Positions 1 to 15,582 are shown, numbered from the stretch's first letter. The stretch: 32,000 nt of DNA from Desulfocapsa sulfexigens DSM 10523 (GCF_000341395.1 NC_020304.1:1020001-1052000), one strand, 5' to 3'. Notes: a model not told the origin generated them from the sequence alone. Program-made: numbers and translations.

Positions 1-352
1 TAAACTCCAGACTGGAATCCTTGCTGATAGTTTGAATACGCTTGGCAATATTTACGGCGTTGTCGGCGATGCGCTCCAGTTCATTATTTATCTTAATAAT
101 AGCAATGAGGAGGCGTAGATCACTGGCCACGGGCTGGTGGAGAGCCAGAATTTTGAGACATTCCTCTTCCACCTCGATTTCCATCTCATCAATCTCCCAA
201 TCGGAACTGATGATCTCCTGAAGCAGATCCGGATCTCTGCTCTGCATGGCAAGACTGGCCTTTTGCAGACGGTCTTCAACCATTGAACCCAGTACCATGA
301 ATTTCTGTTTTACCTTGTCAATTTCCCTGTGAAACGTAAGATGATGAGCCAC
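1..352 (-). CDS. phoU: Phosphate signalling/transport regulator PhoU (3' end truncated by window edge)
   Basis: Reverse-strand frame starts GTG at 352 (GTG GCT CAT CAT CTT ACG TTT CAC AGG GAA) with AGGAG upstream; translation contains PhoU-like helical motifs (EIDEMEIEVEEECLKILA, then LRLLIIINNELERIADNAVNI-type sequence). Adjacent to phoB/phoR. Confidence 0.85.
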   Translation of the reverse strand, partial: MAHHLTFHREIDKVKQKFMVLGSMVEDRLQKASLAMQSRDPDLLQEIISSDWEIDEMEIEVEEECLKILALHQPVASDLRLLIAIIKINNELERIADNAVNIAKRIQTISKDSSLEF

Positions 353-549
353 AATAGATTCTCCTGAAGAATTCTTAAGTAATGTTCATGCTCCTTAGAC
401 CAGATCTGTTTTAGAATCAGGTTAGAGTTTTATTCGGATTGCGTTAGGGGCCTTTTTTTTTGTTGCAGGCTCAAAATTGCCAGGTAGGATTAATTCAGTG
501 ACAGAGGAATCTCCCCAAATCCTATAAGCAGACAATCAGGAGCCGCCCA

Positions 550-1248
550 TTGAGCAAAGCAAGTATCCTCGTCGTAGAAGACGATGCAGATATCCAGCAG
601 CTTGTCAGCTATAATCTGATCAAGGCAGGTTTTAACGTAACCTGTGCCGACTCTGGTGAAGAGGCTCTACAGATCCTCGATCAGGAGCAGGTTGACCTGA
701 TACTCCTCGACCTTATGCTGCCGGGGAAAGACGGTATAGAGGTGTGCACCATAATCAGGGCCAAGACCGATTTGGTCCAACCACCCATCATTATGCTCAC
801 AGCGAAAAGCGAGGAAGATGACATTATCACGGGTCTCAGTTGCGGAGCCGACGACTATGTCACCAAACCCTTCAGTCCGCGGGTACTTATCGCCAGAGTT
901 CAGGCACTGTTGAGAAGGAAGCAGGAAAAGACCATTCGGGAAAATCGTTCTGACAGTGAAAGCATTCATATCCATTCCATGGTTATCCACCCCGGTCGCC
1001 ATGAAGTTTTGATTGATGGCCAACAGATCCATCTCACAGCCACAGAATTCACCATTCTGGAACAACTTGCCGGACGCCCCGGATGGGTCTACAGCCGTCA
1101 GCAGATCATCGATAAAATCCGTGGCTATGACTATCTTATCACCTCAAGGGCCGTTGATGTTCAGATCTTTGGTTTGCGTAAAAAACTCGGTGACATGGGA
1201 AGTTATATAGAAACCGTTCGTGGAATTGGGTACCGCTTAAAGGAATGA
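550..1248 (+). CDS. phoB: OmpR/PhoB-family response regulator, TTG start
   Basis: 232 aa; receiver domain with DD, LLDLMLPGKDG and K (VTKPFSPR), winged-helix output domain (HLTATEFTILEQLAGRPGWVYSRQQIIDKIRG). AGGAG upstream of TTG start. Next to phoU/phoR. Confidence 0.93.
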   Translation: MSKASILVVEDDADIQQLVSYNLIKAGFNVTCADSGEEALQILDQEQVDLILLDLMLPGKDGIEVCTIIRAKTDLVQPPIIMLTAKSEEDDIITGLSCGADDYVTKPFSPRVLIARVQALLRRKQEKTIRENRSDSESIHIHSMVIHPGRHEVLIDGQQIHLTATEFTILEQLAGRPGWVYSRQQIIDKIRGYDYLITSRAVDVQIFGLRKKLGDMGSYIETVRGIGYRLKE

Positions 1249-1333
1249 AAAAGTGTTTTATGGTATGAGGTCTTCAATCTGCTGTGAGACCAAGTGGCCG
1301 TTCTATCGTTAACCATTTTGCAGGTAGCTTTCT

Positions 1334-3136
1334 ATGAAAAACAGACGATTTTTCTGGCAGATTTTCCCATCTGCCCTCTTTATTATCATCATCTCGATTG
1401 GTGCTGCCGGCTGGTATGGAACACAACTGATCCGTTCCTTTCATTACCATGAAATGGAGGAAGATATTGGAGATCGTGCCTTACTGCTGCGCCCCCATAT
1501 CATACAGTTACTGGACTCCAACGATGACCAGCTTCAGGAATTCTGCCGCCAGACAGGGCGGGCTGCCACCACCAGGATTACGGTTATTGCAGGTAACGGG
1601 ACGGTACTCGCCGATTCCAATGAAGATCCATCTCAGATGGATAACCATAAAAACAGACCTGAGATCCAGACCGCAATCACAGGAAAGATGGATGCATCCC
1701 TGAGATTCAGTAAGACACTGAGTCAGAATATGCTTTATGTGGCTATTCCTCTGAACGACGACAACCCGCAGGATGGAGTACTCCGTCTTTCAGTATCAGC
1801 TGCAGCACTCGACGCTGTTATCGCCTCTCTCCATAAACAAATACTCTACGGTATCTTTTTTATAGCTCTTGTCGCCGCAGGACTTTCCTATTACCTGGCG
1901 CGTCGCATCAGCAGCCCCCTTGAAGAAATGCGCCGGGGGGCTGAACGACTGGCAGGAGGAGACACAGATCGTCCCATTATTATTAACGACAACAGTATTC
2001 CGAGAGAAATGACAGAACTCTCACATTCTCTCAACAATATGGCCGAACAGCTCAATGGTCGGATCAAAATAATCAGCCAGCAACGAAATGAACTCGAAGC
2101 GGTTTTCAGCAGTATGACAGACGGTGTTCTCGCCATTGGCAACGACCATAGCATCATCCACATTAACCGCGCCGCCGCCAGACTCTTTCACATAAACCAC
2201 AGGACCGTACAGGGCCTTGTAGTTGAGGGGATTATCCGCAATCGGCTACTGCAGAAGTTTCTGGCCGATTCCCTGCAGAGCGATGTCACCATAACAAAAG
2301 ATCTGAGCCTGATGGAAAACGGACAGGAAATGACCCTACGTGTCCATGCGCATCCACTGAACGATGGGGAAGAGAGGAGAATGGGAAGTCTGATTGTTCT
2401 CCACAATCTGACCCGTATCAATCAACTGGAGAGCATCAGGCAGGATTTTGTGGCTAATGTCTCCCATGAACTCAAGACTCCGATAACTGCAATTCGAGGA
2501 TACGTGGAAACTTTACTTGATGGGGCCATTGATAACCGCGAAGATGCAGAAAAATTTTTGAACATTATTCACAGACAGGGGAGCAGGCTTGATGCCATTG
2601 TGGATGATCTGTTAACCCTGGCCCGAATCGAAGACACGGCAGAAAAAAATGAAATGGAAATGCAGGAGGAGACCATCAGCCCTATTCTTGAAGCAGTGAT
2701 CCAGACCTGTCGCGTTGCCGCAGAACAAAAAAACATCACCATCACCATGCAATGCCTCCCCGAGCAACTGACGGCAACCATCAACCGATCCATGCTTGAA
2801 CAGGCAATAATAAATCTGCTGACAAATGCTGTTACTTATAGCCCCGAAGGCTCAACAATTCACCTCAGAGCAGAACAGCAGAACAAAGCCACCACCAATC
2901 AAAGTATCCGCATCGATGTTCAGGATCAAGGTCCTGGCATCAGCCATGAGCACCAAAAACGTATTTTTGAGCGCTTCTATCGCTGCGACAAAGCAAGAAG
3001 CAGAGAACATGGAGGAACAGGATTAGGGCTTGCCATTGTAAAACATATTGCCGCCTGCCATAATGGCGAGGTGGAACTCCAAAGCAGGATGGGCAGTGGG
3101 TCTACATTCTCTCTCATTCTTCCAAAACAGAACTAA
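1334..3136 (+). CDS. phoR: PhoR-type membrane sensor histidine kinase (N-terminal TM/periplasmic region, HAMP, PAS, HisKA, HATPase)
   Basis: 600 aa; HAMP-like RRISSPLEEMRRGAERLAGGD, VSHELKTPITAIRGYVETL H-box, NLLTNAVTYSPEG, DQGPGISHEHQKRIFERFYRCDKARSREHGGTGLGLAIVKHI. Confidence 0.92.
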   Translation: MKNRRFFWQIFPSALFIIIISIGAAGWYGTQLIRSFHYHEMEEDIGDRALLLRPHIIQLLDSNDDQLQEFCRQTGRAATTRITVIAGNGTVLADSNEDPSQMDNHKNRPEIQTAITGKMDASLRFSKTLSQNMLYVAIPLNDDNPQDGVLRLSVSAAALDAVIASLHKQILYGIFFIALVAAGLSYYLARRISSPLEEMRRGAERLAGGDTDRPIIINDNSIPREMTELSHSLNNMAEQLNGRIKIISQQRNELEAVFSSMTDGVLAIGNDHSIIHINRAAARLFHINHRTVQGLVVEGIIRNRLLQKFLADSLQSDVTITKDLSLMENGQEMTLRVHAHPLNDGEERRMGSLIVLHNLTRINQLESIRQDFVANVSHELKTPITAIRGYVETLLDGAIDNREDAEKFLNIIHRQGSRLDAIVDDLLTLARIEDTAEKNEMEMQEETISPILEAVIQTCRVAAEQKNITITMQCLPEQLTATINRSMLEQAIINLLTNAVTYSPEGSTIHLRAEQQNKATTNQSIRIDVQDQGPGISHEHQKRIFERFYRCDKARSREHGGTGLGLAIVKHIAACHNGEVELQSRMGSGSTFSLILPKQN

Positions 3137-3197
3137 TCACAAAAGTTCCTCCAAATCGGGAACATAACACCGATAAAAGAACGTAACGGGATCGCCA

Positions 3198-4388
3198 TCA
3201 GGGCAGTGGTGGAGGCTGAACTGCTGACGCCCCCTGAATGGGTTTTCCTTTTTTCAACTTCTTCACGACTAAGAAGATAAGGCCGCCGGCCAGGGAAAGG
3301 GCCAGGATAGCGATCAGGGGTCGGAAGACAAACCAGGCGACAGCTATAATCAGTGAAGAGAGGATTCCAGCAAGAAGAAAGGCAATTAAGCCAGTCCCGG
3401 TCTCAATTAGTGAACCCACGGCAGGAATCACGTCCGCCAATACTGACAATGGTTTCAGTATCATGCTGATCCCGATAAACATCAGAAAGAAACCGCCGGC
3501 CCGCAGCATCCAGGTGAGAATGGTGTTACTTTGCTGTTCCTGCTCAAACATGGCCTGGGCGTCATGTACCCCCAGCTCTAACAACTCAATAGCATCTCCG
3601 GCCTGGGCCTGGTAAGGCTGAAGATGGTCACCAGCCTGTTTGGCAATGACACTTACCTCCAGCGGTTTGACCACCTGATAACTGATACGGACATCACCAA
3701 CCTGCGGGTTGGCAGGATCCGTCCCAAGATAAAAGCCATCATTCATAACCTGGCCTCTGCCACTCCACCCTGAAGGAAGAGCCAGATTACCATCGACGGT
3801 CAGGGGTTCATAGTTTGTGATGTTGGAGATGAGGGATGGGGAAAGAAAAAAACTGCCTACTGAAACCTGCCGGCTCGTCAATTGGCGGCTCTTGAAAGGC
3901 ATGTTTGCAGGATTTTGATGTCCTTCAGTTTTTTTGAATGATGAGGAATCGATAAGTTGTTCAGTCCATACCTTTGAATAGGTGTAAGTGGTGGTCTGTT
4001 GTTCGCTACCGCCTAACTTCTTCTCGGTCTTGGTGCTCGACTTTTCTTGCCATTGAAACATAGTGCTCGTACGTCTGAGCATGATCACAGATGCCGCCGA
4101 AACCCCTAGCTCCTGATCAGTGAGAGTCTCGTCACTGGTGGCCATGCCTGTAAGATGAACCAGTTGTTGTTCATGACTAGCATCCACACTATCTGCGGCG
4201 ACACTGATCACAGTTTTACTCCCTTCCACCAAGGTCTTGTATCGCTTGACCGCCCGCCCCTCGTTCCAGAAAAGGAGAACGCAGCTGACCAGAATAAGGA
4301 TGATTCCGATAACGATTCCCTTGAACGCTCCGCCAATCCGCTGAAAATAGGATTGACTGGTGACCTCCGTAAAACTGTCATTACTCAT
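3198..4388 (-). CDS. TMEM43-family membrane protein
   Basis: 396 aa; N-terminal TM followed by LLFWNEGRAVKRYKTLVEGSKTVISV, C-terminal cluster of TM helices; matches the recognised TMEM43 bacterial family pattern. Confidence 0.8.
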   Translation of the reverse strand: MSNDSFTEVTSQSYFQRIGGAFKGIVIGIILILVSCVLLFWNEGRAVKRYKTLVEGSKTVISVAADSVDASHEQQLVHLTGMATSDETLTDQELGVSAASVIMLRRTSTMFQWQEKSSTKTEKKLGGSEQQTTTYTYSKVWTEQLIDSSSFKKTEGHQNPANMPFKSRQLTSRQVSVGSFFLSPSLISNITNYEPLTVDGNLALPSGWSGRGQVMNDGFYLGTDPANPQVGDVRISYQVVKPLEVSVIAKQAGDHLQPYQAQAGDAIELLELGVHDAQAMFEQEQQSNTILTWMLRAGGFFLMFIGISMILKPLSVLADVIPAVGSLIETGTGLIAFLLAGILSSLIIAVAWFVFRPLIAILALSLAGGLIFLVVKKLKKGKPIQGASAVQPPPLP

Positions 4389-4670
4389 GATTGAACCTCC
4401 ATTGTTTCAATTTCGTCGGGAGGTGATTACGTTTTTACATTCATAATCTTGAGGCCTCCAGCGTTTTTCGGAAAACAAGCCTACACAGCACAAATCGAAG
4501 GACATAATACCAATAAAAGGGCACTCTTTTTCTATAGACTTAACTTGTCAGGTGTGGACATTCTGACACCACTATTCGTTTCATCCTAGCCATATCTTAC
4601 TATAATGGTAAATAAACTTAATTTACAACTTCAAATGGTACTATGTCCCGGATTACACGGATTGTTCCGC

Positions 4671-4686
4671 TGGCATAAAATTTGCT
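4671..4686 (+). promoter_or_regulatory. Sigma-54 (-24/-12) promoter for flagellin
   Basis: TGGCATAAAATTTGCT matches TGGCAC-N5-TTGCW with exact GG/GC spacing; lies about 140 bp upstream of the flagellin start, same strand. Confidence 0.75.
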
Positions 4687-4824
4687 TCATTTTTGACCAA
4701 GAGCATATTGCGGACAAAATTGATTTAATGATTAACGTTTTTCGTAGTGCTCTTCCTCTTAGGTAAGTCAGTTTCAATTGTGTAGTTGGTGAAAAAGTCA
4801 AACATGTATCAAGGGGGACTCTCC

Positions 4825-5637
4825 ATGGTCAATTCCATTAGCAATAATTTCAGTGCTTCTCATCAAATTTCTAATGCCCAAAACAGAGCAGATAATTCAG
4901 CGTCTCGATTAAGTAGTGGCCGAAGAATAAATAGCGCCAAAGATGATGCTGCTGGATTGGCAATTTCTGATGGGATGAATTCCCAGGTGAGAGGATTAAA
5001 CCAGGCGATGAGAAACACAAATGATGGCATCTCATTAGCTCAAACCGCAGATGGCGCATTAAGCGAGTCTACGAATATTCTGCAGAGAATGAGAGACTTA
5101 GCTGTTCAGTCGAGCAACGGAATCTATAACGACAACGACAGAAGATCAATGAACGAGGAATTTTCCCAACTGCAGTCAGAGTTGGATCGTATAGCTGGTG
5201 CAACTACCTTTAACGGGAAAAACATTCTTGACGGAAGTCTGGAGGGCGGCTTAACTTTTCAAGTTGGTGCTAATGCTCAGGAAACTATCAATGTAACTCT
5301 AAACGGAGCTACCCAGGAAGATCTGGGGACAGAGTCTTTAGACATTCTTACCGGACAAAGTTCACAAGAGGCACTGGGAGCAATTGATGAGGCCATTGCA
5401 TCTATTTCAGGTGCCAGAGGAGAGTTGGGGGCAACCATCAATCGTTTCGAATCGACAATATCCAATCTGGGCAACGTATCTGAAAATATTGCGGCTTCTG
5501 AATCGAGAATTGCTGATGCGGATGTTGCAGCCGAGGTTTCAGATATGCTTAAAAATCGGATTCTCGAACAAGCCGGTGTCTCAATCCAGGCTCAGGCGAA
5601 TCAGAGGGCTGGAATGTTACTGTCACTTTTGAACTAG
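4825..5637 (+). CDS. Flagellin (short, about 270 aa)
   Basis: Preferred start ATG 4825 (RBS AAGGGGGAC) rather than track start 4786. N-term [18 protein letters not shown]...[23 protein letters not shown] and C-term [25 protein letters not shown] are canonical D0/D1 flagellin sequences. Confidence 0.95.
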   Translation: MVNSISNNFSASHQISNAQNRADNSASRLSSGRRINSAKDDAAGLAISDGMNSQVRGLNQAMRNTNDGISLAQTADGALSESTNILQRMRDLAVQSSNGIYNDNDRRSMNEEFSQLQSELDRIAGATTFNGKNILDGSLEGGLTFQVGANAQETINVTLNGATQEDLGTESLDILTGQSSQEALGAIDEAIASISGARGELGATINRFESTISNLGNVSENIAASESRIADADVAAEVSDMLKNRILEQAGVSIQAQANQRAGMLLSLLN

Positions 5638-5650
5638 CCAGAGGTTATTA

Positions 5651-9412
<3,762 letters not shown>

Positions 9413-9497
9413 GCGTACAGGTCAGGGGAAAAATGGAATCTTCCGGAAAACTATACGGCATACTGACGCACAAAACGATAAAAAATCACCCCACTAT

Positions 9498-10562
9498 TCA
9501 GTCACCGGAAAACAATCGTAAGTACTCACCATAGCCCTCACTTTCCAGCTGTTCCTTTGGAATAAAACGAAGTGACGCCGAATTGATGCAGTAGCGTAGG
9601 CCCGTTGATGGTGGCCCATCGTTAAAGACATGGCCAAGATGCGAGTCTCCATGCTTGCTCCGAACCTCGGTGCGCACAGAAAAAAAGCTTCGATCCGTTT
9701 TTTCAACAATATTTTTGGCTTCAATTGGACGATCGAAACTGGGCCATCCGGTTCCGGATTTATACTTGTCCCGCGAACTGAACAGGGGTTCTCCTGAAAC
9801 GATGTCCACATAGATCCCCTCCGCCTTGTTATCCCAGTATTCGTTATGAAACGCTGGCTCCGTTCCCTCTTTCTGAGTAACCTTGTACTGGAGGTCGCTC
9901 AGGCGGGAACGAATTTCAGCATCCGATGGCTTTTTATAGCTTGCAGACTTCTGTGCAAGCTTCTCGGGCCAGACCGTGTCCACAAAATATTGCCGTCCCG
10001 AACCCTTCTTATAAGATGAGTAATGGGAATAATTTTTTCGGTAATAGTCCTGATGATATTCCTCCGCCGGATAAAATGGCAGCAGCGGCAAAACTTCTGT
10101 CATAATGGGTTTATCAAAGAGTCCGGATTGCTGAAGCTTTTCTTTGGAGGCCAAGGCCGCCTTTTTTTCCAGCTCGTCGCCAAAAAAAATGGCTGTTTTG
10201 TACTGAGATCCGCGGTCCGCAAACTGACCGCCGGAATCCGTTGGGTCAATCTGGTGCCAGAACACCTCTACTAGTTCCGCAAAACTTATCCGTTCTGGAT
10301 CATAACGCACTTCCACGGCTTCATAGTGATCGGTTTTTCCCCCACTGACCTGTTCATAATTGGCATCCTCTTCTGCCCCGCCGCTGTATCCAGCCCGTAC
10401 CTCAATCACTCCTTCAAGCTGTTCAAAGGGAGGCTCCATGCACCAGAAACACCCGCCACCAAAAACAGCCGTTTTTTCCTCTGCCATCGCATCTCTCCCG
10501 GGTATTAAAAATAGTATTGCACAGACAAATAATATTGCTGCTATCCTTTTATTTTGAGCCAT
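9498..10562 (-). CDS. msrAB: Exported bifunctional peptide methionine sulfoxide reductase MsrA-MsrB
   Basis: 354 aa; signal peptide ([20 protein letters not shown]), MsrA motif [14 protein letters not shown], MsrB motifs [40 protein letters not shown] before ATG. Confidence 0.95.
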   Translation of the reverse strand: MAQNKRIAAILFVCAILFLIPGRDAMAEEKTAVFGGGCFWCMEPPFEQLEGVIEVRAGYSGGAEEDANYEQVSGGKTDHYEAVEVRYDPERISFAELVEVFWHQIDPTDSGGQFADRGSQYKTAIFFGDELEKKAALASKEKLQQSGLFDKPIMTEVLPLLPFYPAEEYHQDYYRKNYSHYSSYKKGSGRQYFVDTVWPEKLAQKSASYKKPSDAEIRSRLSDLQYKVTQKEGTEPAFHNEYWDNKAEGIYVDIVSGEPLFSSRDKYKSGTGWPSFDRPIEAKNIVEKTDRSFFSVRTEVRSKHGDSHLGHVFNDGPPSTGLRYCINSASLRFIPKEQLESEGYGEYLRLFSGD

Positions 10563-10619
10563 TCAGCACCTCCATATTTTAAGAATCATTCCCACATGAA
10601 AATTAGTATGCATTGTTGA

Positions 10620-12359
<1,740 letters not shown>

Positions 12360-12361
12360 TT

Positions 12362-13201
12362 ATGTCTGTTTCTCCCGTAGCTGTCGAAACCCCTGGTGGT
12401 AACGATATCAACGTTGGTTCTGACCAGCCCCTCCTTCTTATTGCCGGGCCCTGTGCTCTGGAGTCCGAAGAGCTTGCCCGAAGGGTTGCTGGTGAGATGC
12501 AGGAGATCTGTGGCAGACTCGGCATATCCTACGTCTTCAAAGCATCTTTTGACAAAGCCAACAGGACCTCCCTTGATTCCTATCGCGGTCCGGGCCTTGA
12601 CGAAGGTCTCAGTATCCTTTCCAGAATCAGAGAAGAGATGCAGGTTCCGGTCATATCCGACGTGCATGACGTCGGCCAGATAGCCCCCGCCGCTGAGGTC
12701 CTCGATATCCTTCAAATCCCTGCCTTTCTCTGCCGCCAAACTGACCTACTTGTTGCTGCAGCACAAACAGGTAAACCTGTGAACCTGAAGAAAGGACAGT
12801 TTGTCTCCCCTTGGGATATGGAAAACGGGGTAAATAAATTGAGGGGAGCAGGCGGCACCAAAATCATGCTGGTGGAGAGAGGTGCATGCTTTGGCTATAA
12901 TAATCTGGTTGTGGATATGCGCTCCCTCCCTGTTATGCGTGGTTTCAACTGCCCTGTTATATTTGATGCCACTCATTCGGTACAACTTCCCGGAGGAGCA
13001 GGTGGCTCATCTGGAGGCATGCGGGAATTCATCACGCCACTTTCCCGCGCTGCGGTGGCGGCTGGTATTGATGGTCTCTTTATGGAAGTTCATCCCGACC
13101 CGGACAAAGCACTCTGCGACGGCCCCAACTCCATACGACTTGACGCCATCGAAGAGTTGCTGACTCAGCTGCTTCGCATTCACAAAGCTGTTACGACCTG
13201 A
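12362..13201 (+). CDS. kdsA: 3-deoxy-8-phosphooctulonate synthase (KDO-8P synthase)
   Basis: 279 aa; LIAGPCALESEELA, FKASFDKANRTSLDSYRGPG, DVHDVGQ, IPAFLCRQTDLL, FDATHSVQLPGG. Two bp after pyrG stop. Confidence 0.97.
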   Translation: MSVSPVAVETPGGNDINVGSDQPLLLIAGPCALESEELARRVAGEMQEICGRLGISYVFKASFDKANRTSLDSYRGPGLDEGLSILSRIREEMQVPVISDVHDVGQIAPAAEVLDILQIPAFLCRQTDLLVAAAQTGKPVNLKKGQFVSPWDMENGVNKLRGAGGTKIMLVERGACFGYNNLVVDMRSLPVMRGFNCPVIFDATHSVQLPGGAGGSSGGMREFITPLSRAAVAAGIDGLFMEVHPDPDKALCDGPNSIRLDAIEELLTQLLRIHKAVTT

Positions 13202-13314
13202 TATTTAACAAACCTGCCATGGATCCTAATTCCTGTACACCTTCCGGACCCGGTGCCTATCCCTCCGACTGTGAAGTCCGTGAAGGGTACCGGAAAATCG
13301 CACGAGAAAAAGCT

Positions 13315-13869
13315 ATGCACAATAATCGAAGTGAGAACTGGCAGGTGACACTTTCCAAAGCCAAAGATATCAAACTCCTTCTCCTCGACGTCGATGGTGT
13401 TCTCACCGATGGCAACCTCATCTATTCACACGAAGGAAAAGAATCCAAATCCTTTAATACCCAGGACGGTTTCGGCCTGCGCATGCTCCAGGATGCAGGT
13501 GTTGAAGTGGGCATTATCACTGCCAGAAGCTCCGAAGCACTGGAACGACGGGCCAGTGACCTTAAAATTTCCCATCTCTATCAGGGAGCCGCAAACAAAC
13601 TTATTGCCTACCAGGAAATCGTCAAAAAAACAGGCCTCAAACCCTTTCAAATTGCCTACATGGGTGACGACTGGCTCGACATGGTACTTCTGAAACGTGT
13701 GGGCCTGTCTCTTGCTCCAGCAAATGGTGTGCTCGAAGTAAAGGAGATGGTTCATTATACGACGGAGCAGTCCGGCGGACATGGCGCAGTACGTGAGGCC
13801 TGCAATCTGATCCTTGAAGGCTTGGGCAAGTATAATGAGTTGCTACAGGGGTATCTTACCCGATGCTAA
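13315..13869 (+). CDS. kdsC: KDO-8-phosphate phosphatase (HAD family)
   Basis: Likely start ATG 13315 with upstream GAGAAAAAG rather than track start 13219. LLLLDVDGVLTDG, IITARSSEALERRA, YMGDDWLDM, VREACNLIL. Confidence 0.9.
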   Translation: MHNNRSENWQVTLSKAKDIKLLLLDVDGVLTDGNLIYSHEGKESKSFNTQDGFGLRMLQDAGVEVGIITARSSEALERRASDLKISHLYQGAANKLIAYQEIVKKTGLKPFQIAYMGDDWLDMVLLKRVGLSLAPANGVLEVKEMVHYTTEQSGGHGAVREACNLILEGLGKYNELLQGYLTRC

Positions 13870-14456
13870 CCCGCAGAAATCTCGTTTGGGTTATTCCCCT
13901 TGGATTTTTTCTCACATTTCCTTTATGGAGTATTCCTGTTGGTTCCTTTCTTACCCCGCGTGGCGGGTATGACCCATCCCTGAACGAACGAAAGCTGGAC
14001 GCCCATAAATTTACCATGGAAAATGTTCATATTACCCAGAGTAAAAGTGGTAATACCAGTCTTGAAATTAGAGCAGAACGGGCCTATTCCGGTGACACGG
14101 AGAATGAATATAAAATGGAAGAAATTGATGCTGTTGTTACCGGCAACAACGGTGAACAGACATTTATTGCCGCCCGAAAAGGGGTACTGGACAAAGAGAC
14201 CGCCATTCTCACCCTGATCGATGAAGTTGTGGTGATAAAACCCAAGGATAAATTTGAGTTATACACAGATCTACTTATCTATAATGATAAGACAAAGATA
14301 GCCAACTCACCTGGAAAAACCCAGGTTATTGGTGAAAAGATAGAGATTCGCGGCAACAATCTTATCTTTAATACCGAAACAGAATCATATGACCTTGGTG
14401 GTCGCGTCCACTGTAAACTCGAAAATTTCACCTCCCCGAACGACGCATCTCTCTGA
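13863..14456 (+). CDS. lptC: LPS export protein LptC (single TM periplasmic)
   Basis: 197 aa, N-terminal TM, beta-jellyroll-like sequence, overlaps kdsC stop by a few bp; position after kdsC is typical. Confidence 0.8.
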   Translation: MLTRRNLVWVIPLGFFLTFPLWSIPVGSFLTPRGGYDPSLNERKLDAHKFTMENVHITQSKSGNTSLEIRAERAYSGDTENEYKMEEIDAVVTGNNGEQTFIAARKGVLDKETAILTLIDEVVVIKPKDKFELYTDLLIYNDKTKIANSPGKTQVIGEKIEIRGNNLIFNTETESYDLGGRVHCKLENFTSPNDASL

Positions 14457-14482
14457 AAAAAACACTCCCGTTCTGACATTGC

Positions 14483-14511
14483 TTGACAAGCGCAATCTCA
14501 CCCTGTAAAAT
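14483..14511 (+). promoter_or_regulatory. Sigma-70 promoter TTGACA-N17-TAAAAT upstream of DUF4198 gene
   Basis: TTGACA at 14483-14488, TAAAAT at 14506-14511, 17-bp spacer; followed by inverted repeat ACACG-N11-CGTGT (14513-14533). Confidence 0.65.
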
Positions 14512-14559
14512 CACACGTAATTATTTTTCGTGTTAAAACCTCAGGCCACAGGAAACAAT

Positions 14560-15339
14560 ATGAAACCAGCCAAATTAACTCTTTTTATCGTACTTTTGCT
14601 GCTGTTCAGCAGTACCCAAAGCAATGCCCATTTCGGAATGATCATACCAAAGGAACCGCGGGTTGAGCCCCAGAACAGAACCATCCAGCTCTCCCTTTCT
14701 TTTTCTCACCCCTTCGAAGGAACGGGAATGGATCTGCTGAAACCGGCACAATTCTATGTAATCAAAGACGGTGAGAAATCAGACCTGCTTGGCGACCTCA
14801 AAGAAACGAAGATTATGGATCGTCTTGGCTGGGAAACGGATTATCAGGTAAAGCGACCAGGCGTCTACCATTTCGTCATGGAACCCATCCCCTACTGGGA
14901 ACCCACCGAAGACCTTTCCATTATCCACTATACAAAAGTTATTATTCCAGCATTTGGTGCAGAGGATGGCTGGGATCAACCAGTGGGACTGGCTACAGAG
15001 ATCGTCCCCCGCCTTCGTCCTTTTGGCAACTATGCCGGAAACAGCTTCACAGGACAGGTACTCCTGAACGGCAAACCGCTTCCCAACGCAGAAGTAGAAG
15101 TGGAATTATACAATCAGGAAGGGAAGTACCGCGCCCCCAGCGACCTCCATATCACCCAGCTTATAAAGGCGGATACTGCTGGAATTTTCACCTTCACCTG
15201 CCCCCTTCCGGGATGGTGGGGTTTTGCCGCACTGAGCAGTGCCGATTACACCCTCAAGAATCCACAGGGAGAAGACAAGGAAGTGGAACTTGGCGCAGTA
15301 CTCTGGATCTATATGGATGCTTACGGGATCAACCAATAA
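14560..15339 (+). CDS. DUF4198-family periplasmic protein (possible metal-uptake accessory)
   Basis: 259 aa from ATG 14560 with RBS AGGAAA; signal peptide LFIVLLLLFSSTQSNAHFGMIIPKEP; family pattern HFGMIIP...GHPF-like, KVIIPAFGAEDGWDQPVGL, GNYAGNSFTGQVLLNGKPLPNAEVEVE. Confidence 0.75.
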   Translation: MKPAKLTLFIVLLLLFSSTQSNAHFGMIIPKEPRVEPQNRTIQLSLSFSHPFEGTGMDLLKPAQFYVIKDGEKSDLLGDLKETKIMDRLGWETDYQVKRPGVYHFVMEPIPYWEPTEDLSIIHYTKVIIPAFGAEDGWDQPVGLATEIVPRLRPFGNYAGNSFTGQVLLNGKPLPNAEVEVELYNQEGKYRAPSDLHITQLIKADTAGIFTFTCPLPGWWGFAALSSADYTLKNPQGEDKEVELGAVLWIYMDAYGINQ

Positions 15340-15582
15340 ATCGGGTAGTTCATCCAATTCTGTGACCAAAGAAGGAATTACCACTTTGTCACATATGAAC
15401 CTGGAAACAATCAGAAAGAACTAACCGACACATACATCCAGACAGCCTAACCAGTCTGTATTACACACTTATTCTTCAGTAAAAATAAAGAAAAGGTGTT
15501 GACAACCGTAGCCAATAATTGTAATTCTCATTCCCATGAAAACGCCCCCTTCACACACACCCTAAAACTGGAACAACTCTTC

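Noticed and set aside
353-549. Possible Pho box between phoU and phoB
   Set aside because: Looked for CTGTCAT-like direct repeats on both strands; only weak partial matches, not reportable.
4546-4568. TGTCAG-N11-CTGACA inverted repeat upstream of the TMEM43-like gene
   Set aside because: Short and in AT-rich non-coding sequence; could easily be chance without comparative data.
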